Shown here: positions 51,798 through 64,000 of the stretch, in pieces | Layout of the letters: every line of letters begins with the position of its first letter | How positions within the stretch are numbered: the stretch's first letter is position 1 | DNA from: Negaprion brevirostris | Taxonomy: Eukaryota | Assembly (NCBI GenBank): GCA_030324005.1 | Contig: JARDVH010000150.1 | Coordinates: 15,144,057-15,208,056 of the forward strand | Length of the DNA stretch: 64,000 bases | Direction: 5' to 3' | Notes under the pieces: generated by a model | Seen by the model: the letters and a program-made list of their open reading frames with translations, nothing else | Told to the model about the DNA's origin: nothing | Databases searched by the model: none | Translations under genes and position numbers: made by a program

Positions 51798-54700
51798 CTT
51801 TTAATTAAGTAAAAACGCTAACCACATTCAATAGAACTACAACATTTAATTGATAGCTTTGAAATACATTCTATAAATTTACAGTACAAGTCCTCATTTA
51901 CAGTACATTTTAATTGCTTCCCAAAGTAAACTTTAACAGTGATGTAGAGTCAGGATTCGCATGGAATCAGCTAGATGGAATATTTTGAGAGAATTTGGTG
52001 CACAAGAGGAAGGGAAAGTTCACCATTTAAAAGTGAGCACACACTTAGCTCTTCAGACAAGATTAAAAAAGCTATGCCAGCTGTTCCATAAAGACCTGTG
52101 GGCACTTGTTGCACTCATTAATTATAATGCTTTCAAAAATGCCATCTCCACAATTTAATGAAATGGGAGGACAAAACTGTAAGCTGGACACAAACAACTT
52201 AATCCAACAAGTGTATTGGTCAGTTACCTGAAAACATTAACTGTAAGTATGCTAAAAATGGTTTTCCTTTTTTCTTCCTTTTCTTTCAAAACAGGAGAAT
52301 CAGCCTGAAATGAGTGAACAAAACATTAGTGAAGACTGATCAAATGTGCACCAGACCGCAATCCAATAATTTGTTGGCATACTTTCAAAACTTGGATACA
52401 GAGTAGCAATTAAACAAATTTTAAGGTATCAAATATTGAAGGTCTATATTTGCAACTAGTATTTACAAGAGTGAACTAAGATTGTGTTATTCAACAAACA
52501 ATAATTTGAAGAAACCATTCAAGGATCAACTCATTGACCCAATACTACTGGAATAAGTGAGCAGGATGTGAAGTGATACAAAACAGAAGACACATCCAAG
52601 CTCACCAGTCAGAATACATATTTAAAGTTAAAAGCAAGTATTCAAAATTTTAGATTGCGCTAAAGTGTCAAAACCAATTACTACTCAATAGTAACCAATG
52701 TTGCTTGATGAGAAAAATGTCAACTTTGTTCAAAGCTGGAAGTTTTTCACTTTTCCTTCCCCCAATCTTGTTTATTTATATCAGTTTAATTAACACACCA
52801 ACTTCAAGGTAGGGTTGGTCAAGGTCAATTAAAACCAAGCAAACATACAGGTGTTAATTATTTTCTGGTATNNNNNNNNNNNNNNNNNNNNNNNNNNNNN
52901 NNNNNNNNNNNNNNNNNNNNNNNNNNNNNNNNNNNNNNNNNNNNNNNNNNNNNNNNNNNNNNNNNNNNNNNCAAACTCAGGTCTTCACCCAATATCACAG
53001 TCACTTGATTGATGCAAAAGACAAAATTGAAAGGTAATAAAGCTTCACTGCAGTTATCCTAGTTTTAAAAGTAAAAATGCACATAAATGGACATCACAAA
53101 ATTGCAGTACCCTTTTCTCCAATTTATCAAAAGCAGATGCGTGCGAAGATTTATTTCACACTGGTGACAAACTTAATTTTTTCACCTAATGAAATTACTT
53201 ACACTGTGGTTCATGAGATTTCACCACCTCCTCTCCAAACTTAACCATAATCTTCTTTCTTCAGCTTTGCTCATTCTACAACAGAAAGTCAATAAGTTAA
53301 CTTCATCTTGTATGTAATTTCAAATCTTAATCCATTAACTAATTCTCTAAGCATAAAATTCTACTGCAGCACTAAAATTTAAGTGGGTCACCTGAAAGCT
53401 AATCCAAGACTTTCTATACTCCTTGCTTTCAAAATGTCCTAGTTTAGCAAATCTAAAAATTCAAGCACAGAATTTGCATAATGAGAAATTCAAGCATGTT
53501 TACTACAACTCAGTATAAACTGAGCATCAGATGGGTTTGCTTACTAATTTTAAAGTGTGCAGAACTCAAGTCTGCATTTCAGAAAAAAAACTGAGAAGTC
53601 CACCACCACAATTTACAGAATACATTTCCAAATTTTGCAGAGACTGCAAACATTCCAAACCCCAAGAGATCCTCCACTCCAACTTCTTGCAGAGGTAAGC
53701 TACCCAAAGGGAAGTGGCAAAATTGCAGAAAACAATACCATTCAATGATAAGCATGCTAAATACCAAAAAAAAAATCAAAATTTGGACCATTGCTTGTGG
53801 TATGCTGGGCCCCAGGCTGAAAGCTGGGGACCTTGTGGACCCCAGTTTAGAAATGTAGGCTGAGTATTGGGAATATCAAAAATAACTTGTGAACTAGGAT
53901 ATCAGTTTAAAAAAAGCTCAAAACCATAAACTCCACTCCCCCCTCCATTTAACAGAACAGTTGACCTTAGCATTCACGTTGCTGAGTTTGGCAAATTAAG
54001 GTCCAGAAGTGGACAGTTTGAGTCCTTCAATGGTCTTTTCACCCAATGGCAACAAGCAAACTCGATCTGGGCACATTTTACAAAACTGGAGAATTGTAGT
54101 TTGCTTGGATTGAGAGAGATGTACACATTAAAAAGAGGCCAAGGAGGAAAGCCACTCAAGTTTATTTCAAGTACATTACCAGCACATTTAAAATGGTTTA
54201 GTTTAACAAAATGGGAAAGTGGACATTGTACGAGAGCAAAATGAGTTACCTCAAGGCTATGATTATGTCCACTGATGCATTAGCCATAACCAGCTGAAGT
54301 TTCCTTGCAGGGGGAACACGTCATTCTTCAATGCCACTACCTTCAGCAAAGCTAGCAAAAATCTTGATATTGTAAAGTATATGACATCTTTTTGACAGGT
54401 AATATGGGCTGTTACCTTAATTCATGTAATGGTTGCACAAGTTTTGAATATTGAAAGGACAAAACAACTAAGCAGAAAATAATTTCAGATAGGATAGTCT
54501 GAGAAAAAGTTTTACTTAAATGCCTGGTAGAACAGGATTTTTAGGTAGGGTGACAAGGAGAATTTGCATTCCAGGTGAGATTTTTTTTTAAGGTATCACC
54601 CTTGGGGCTAGGGTTCTAACTTAGAATGAGGTCAATGATTTTATTTACAATTTGAATTCTAAGATGCTGGAATGTTATTTGGGTTCCTTTCAGGACTGAT

Positions 54701-56295
54701 ATTTATGTTTCCTTGAACAGTTACATAAAGCAAATCTAGCTTTCCCTATTAAAAGAGAAACTGCCATGTTTCTTTCAATCAGCCACAAAAATTACATTAT
54801 TCATATAACTCATTGAATGAAGAGGGTTTAAAAATTAAATTTAGATGAGCCATTCAAAAGGTAGATATGGATCATCATATTTGCACAGTGGGCTAACATC
54901 TGAACACAACTACAAATCAAAAAATGATTCATTCATGTATTTCCAAAAATCATCTAAAGATAAATCAGCATCATTCTAATCTCAACAAAAACTGGTTTGC
55001 CGGGGCAAGGTGAAAAAGGGAGAGGGTCTGAAGGAGCAAATCACGAAAATGAACAAGTTGAGTGCTAATCCATCTCGCCTGCATAGTTGGATTCCAAAGA
55101 CCACCACCTCAAATTTGGTTTGAAATACGCTCAATGATTGTGACTTCAATGCAGAATGCTTTATAGAAGACACTGTCATTTCATTTGCACCTTTAAATAC
55201 ACAAGAATGATGCACTACAGTTTTCCCAAATAGGGAAAATTTTAAAAAAATGTTTCTAAAGCTACTGTTATTAATAGGTATAAAGTTAGCCAGGAAACAA
55301 AGCAATCCTGTTTTTCTGGCAACCTCTATTACACAAATTACATAGCATGAGGAATTACTTAAATCATTGAACAAAATAGAAAATGGGAATTCTTTACTAC
55401 ATTAATTCGGTATTTAGAATTATAGAAGTAGATAAAGGACAACAATCAAAGTCACATGTATTAAAATGGAAAACTCAACATCCAATTCAGTAGCTACATT
55501 TTATCCAAATTGGATGAACTTCGGTTAACAGGGTTCACTATGATACTTATGGTTGATTAAAAGCAACAAGAGATCTTTGGGCAAGGTTCTTTAATCAGTT
55601 TCCAAAAAAGCCAAGTTTATACAAAAAAAGTGTTTCATCCTTGCACATGAAATACAGCATGAACAAATGGCCAACTTTACCAGTATATAATTTTCCAAAA
55701 ACAAGCCTCCTATATTAGATTGAAAATAAATGCATTTTTTTGTAAATTGTATCTTAACAGGCTCAATGCAAAATACTTAAGATCCAGCAGTTTGAACATT
55801 CCACTGCAAGTTAATTTTTAATGACAGGCAAAACGACTGAATGTTGATTTACCATCAGGAAAGTAATGTGCGTAGAATTGTATTTCAGCAATTAAACTCA
55901 AAAAGAAATCAATACTCTGCAGCATGCACAGCTTTTGTGATCTTGTTCAAATTGGTCTTTTTACAGCCAATAGAGGGAAGTGAGAAAAAATAAGAAATAT
56001 CAAAATTCTGCAAAAACTGTGGGGTTGGGAAAGGAACGGATGAAGATTTAAACAAGATAAAACATGACCAACTTTGTTCTTTACAAGTGTAGGTCTGAAA
56101 CTGAAAACTTTAAAATAAATAGGCTCAATAGGTCTTTTTTGACCTAAAAGTAAATGCACATTCAAGTCAGAAGCTATCAGACTGTCAATAATTTTGATAA
56201 TGTTAAAACAGACAACAAGTTCAGAAGATAACTGCTTTCTGTAGTTCCAAAACTCAAGAGCCAAAAGGAGGATGATCTTGATTCAAGGAGATTGA

Positions 56296-60153
<3,858 letters not shown>

Positions 60154-60639
60154 TCAAGTTGTAAAATACATGAATTTCCAAATTAAACATGTTGCACATA
60201 GTATTTATGGACCAACTATTTTAAGCTGGTCATTTAAAAAAATGCAGTTGAAAGAACTGTCTCTCAAACAAGATAAGTTTACTTGAAGATTTCATACCAG
60301 GAACAAGAAAGCCTGCTAGCCTACAACAGGAGCACAAGATTTTATCAGCATTTAACAAAAATTTATTCATTACCCTGTCCAATTCCTCAAGCCAAATCAC
60401 ATTTAAAAATCTGGGTGCTATACCTGAGTAAAAAGTCTGACACCACCAGGTTTTATCCAACCGATTTATTTGATAATAGACTCAAGCTTTCGGGGTTAGT
60501 CCCTTCATCAGGTGAATGGAGAGTTCTGGCCTCAGACAGNNNNNNNNNNNNNNNNNNNNNNNNNNNNNNNNNNNNNNNNNNNNNNNNNNNNNNNNNNNNN
60601 NNNNNNNNNNNNNNNNNNNNNNNNNNNNNNNNNNNNNNN

Positions 60640-60888
60640 AATTCCCAGCTTGAGTCACTGTCTGTGTGGCATTCGCACGTTCTCCTCTTGTCTGCGTGGG
60701 TTTCCACCGGGTGCTCCGATTTCCTCCCACAGTCCGAAAGACGTGCTGGTTAGGGTGCATTGGCTGTGCTAAACTCTCCCTCAGAGTATCCGAACAGGCG
60801 CCGGCGTGTGGCAACTAAGGGATTTTCACAGTAACTTCATTGCAATATTTATGTAAGTCTACGAGTGACACAAGTAAGTAAACTTAAA
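60640..60888 (+). mobile_element. tRNA-derived SINE
   Basis: Family motifs after the gap. Confidence 0.8.
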
Positions 60889-62164
60889 GTTACAGCACAG
60901 AAGGAGGGCATTTGGTCCATCTTGTCCATGCCAGCCCGAGGATACTCAGGTGTCCTTCCTAATCCCGCCTTCCTGTACCCAGCCCTAGACTGTAACATTT
61001 GTGATTTCACAAGGTGTTATTTTACTGTGGTTTAAAGCAATTCCCCATTTGTCACCAGGGGAATCGGAGAGGGCGAGGGGCGGACAACGGAAAGGTTCGT
61101 TGACCTCAGGCGGGATTTTACAGTTTTGGGACGAGTGACATCATCAAATCCCGTCTGAGATGTTGTTTTATTCCAAAGTCAATTTTTTGAGCAACTTTTC
61201 TTTCCAAAAAGCACTGGTTTATTCCTGACATTTCTTCAGGGGGAAAAGACCACCGAACTGAATACAAAATTAAACCTTGTGGAGATAACAAGGGCATTTG
61301 CCCGGGTTAAGGCATTGATTGTTAGTGCAAAAGCAACCAGTTGGATTGGTCAGTGGAGATGACTGAATGCATGGGATTTTGACAGATAATTCTATTGTGA
61401 GGGGAATATTCCTCAAAACCTTCCCTGATAAATTTATCAGGAGCACGCATAGATAAGCTGTACCTGATTATGGAAGGGGTAGGTTTGATGGGCTAAATGG
61501 CCTTTTTCCATCCTCAGCTTGAATTCTTCTCTTAAAATGCGTGCTAACATTCGGGAACAAATGTTGGGATAAGTAGCATTCCTGGGGAAACTAGGCCTCT
61601 GGCAGTTCTGTCAAACCACTCTTGGTCACCCATATACTCCACAAAGGACACATTGGTTAGAACAGATTAATGGCCTCCAACTTCCACACTGAGGGTGACT
61701 GAGGGTTTCTCCGGGGGAGAGCTGGAGAAAAAGAATCAGGAGGATGATTCATTTAATTTCACCCAATTGCACCAAGGGCCTGGAAAAAATGGCCACCTTC
61801 CCTACCCAACCTCACCAGCCAGGGAACTGGGTGCACAGGACATTGCGAGGGAGTAACACGCAGCAGGCTGCTCGAACATGACCTATACCTCGGCCATCGG
61901 GAAAAATCTCCACATTTGCTCTCCTCCTTGTGTTGCTCTTCAGATTGTCGGTGGTCTTAGTGACTGGGTGGATTGTGAAAGATTCCTTCAACTCCATTGA
62001 TGATTCTTCTTCCAGGGAGCTGTATACCCTGGAGCAGGAGCTGGAGGAAAGAGGATGAAGGGAGAGTGAACAAATTTCAGACAAATTTTATTTCATTAAT
62101 GCCACACTGAGGCTGAAGATTCTCAGCTCTTTTCAACTCCTCCTCAACTCCTTTCCACCGCAGC

Positions 62165-62455
62165 AGCGCGGTGGCACAGTGCCTCACAGCACCAGGGGCC
62201 TGGATTCGATTCCTGGGTCACTGTCTGTGTGGAGGTTGCGCGTTCTCCCCATGTCTGCGTGGGTTTCCTCCGGGTGCTCCAGTTTCCTCCCACAGTCCAT
62301 GATGTGTGGGTTAGGTGGATTGGCCATGCTGACGAAGGGACGAACCCCGAAAGCTTGTGGGTCTATTATCAAATAAATCGGTTGGACTAAAACCTGGTGT
62401 TGTCAGACTTTTTACTGTGTTTACGCCAGTCCAACGCCGGCATACCCACATCATG
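62165..62455 (+). mobile_element. SINE 5' part joined to a Penelope-like terminal fragment
   Basis: SINE head and body to 62329, then CTGACGAAGG...GAAAGCTT...GTTGGACTAAAACCTGGTGTTGT. Confidence 0.7.
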
Positions 62456-64000
62456 CTATACCTGAGGCAGGGTTGTGATTCCCACATCCCGTCACCAATT
62501 TTATTTCCAACATCGCCCATCTCTTCTGTAATATCTTCAGTGTCTTCAGTACACTACCCACTATAAATTTCAAGTTGTTAAAAATTCAACAGTGCATGCA
62601 CAGTTCCGCACTTAATCCTACTTACCAACTACCCAATCTCAAACAGGCTTTTGGCTGTCTCTGCCTCAACGCATTAACTTTGAAACATTCCTCTCAATTC
62701 TCCAGCTATTCATTTCAACTTACCTGAGCCTCATGTATCCCACAGCACTTCATCTGAATAGTTTGCATATCCTTCACATCCCTTTACCCCAATTTCTGAA
62801 GATAGATCATCCACCTTGATTCATCTCTTCCTTCCCTAAACCATTTTGGCTTTGCAATTTTTTCAAACTTGATTTCAGTCACCTCTAACATTCATTAAAG
62901 CTCAACTACAAATTGCGTTTATTCATTCTCTTTATTATTCCCCACAAAGCACCCTAGATTATTTTCTACATCGATAGGATAGTATAAATAACAAATCACT
63001 ATTTAGTCTTGATTGAAGAATACAAACTAGGAGTACTCTATACTTTTGTTTGAGCATCTGTAAGGAGCAAGTCAGGTTTGTTTTTCAGAGGCCCTTACAT
63101 ACTTAATGCAAGAGCAAGACACTGATCTAAGAAAATGCAGTCCTTTATTTTCAAGCAAGTACTAGCTTCTGCAGAATTGCTCTGCTAACTCAGCAGCGTG
63201 CTGAACTTCACTAAGTGACACTCGCCGAACAGGGAAACAATCCCTCCCTTTATACTTTTTTTACAGCAATTAGTCACATTCACACAGTATAATTTCACTC
63301 AGATCACATGCTTAGCAACAGCAAAAGTAAATAGAGACAGTACGTAAGTAAAATCACATATCAAAACTGGATGTCCACCAATGCTCGAGTGTGAGATAGC
63401 AACCACTCCCGTATATCCTTGCCCATAACGTGAATGTTCTCTCCTCCAAACAAGGAAAGCATCAGCCTAGTCCAGTCGAGAGCGGTTTACTCAAGCAAGA
63501 GAGTTTGCTATTTACAAGGCCAGGGTGACAGGTTAGAATAGGGAATATGTGCTGATATCAGCACAAATTGTTTCAAACAAGATGTAGTTAATCACTGCTT
63601 TTAAGCTAAGGAGACCCTTTACTTCATCTTACAGAATCTCAGCTTGCAGAGTTTTCTTTTACAAATGGCCAAGATCATAGGAGATTCATGGGATGTTAAC
63701 CCCTTAACATCAAGCACTCAGGGGAATATTTAAACTGAACACTAAAATTAATCTAACTAGGACAGTCTTGGCATATTTGCTAAAAAACACAATTAAATGG
63801 AGTATCTTCAATTGGATGTGAACCTAATCTTGTCCACTAGCAGTGTGGCTCAGATTCTCGACGTTTTTGCTCAGGAGAGATTCTAATGAAAACTATAGCA
63901 GTTGGGTATCAATCCAAAATAACCAGTTTTGGTGCATGACTCCTCCAGCTTGAGTGCTCTAATCTTGAACATGTAAATCAAAAGTTACCATCTCATTTAA

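Overview
Vertebrate genomic DNA with assembly gaps. The repeat content (CR1 LINEs, tRNA-derived SINEs, Tx1, Rex1, RTE, Penelope-type fragments, MITEs) suggests a cartilaginous fish such as a shark; this is inferred. Three genes can be read by hand, all on the minus strand. (1) A four-exon, intron-containing ferritin H/M-like pseudogene at 13868-17654, with a +1 frameshift, a nonsense codon and a -1 frameshift, and Tx1 fragments in intron 1 and just upstream. (2) A complete CIRBP gene (ATG 44294, CpG-rich promoter at about 44.7-45.35 kb) whose frame stops 1 nt before the last intron, so the conserved ATHNE exon is untranslated. (3) A divergent tandem CIRBP paralog at 56296-60107 whose ATG exon is not visible in the window. 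The most interesting signals are non-coding. A ~175-nt structured element ending in ACAnnn is duplicated into two introns of the paralog (candidate H/ACA-type RNA). Both CIRBP copies also keep paralogous downstream splice modules about 2-3 kb past the stop, a candidate temperature-controlled AS-NMD system. All structures and alignments were done by eye.
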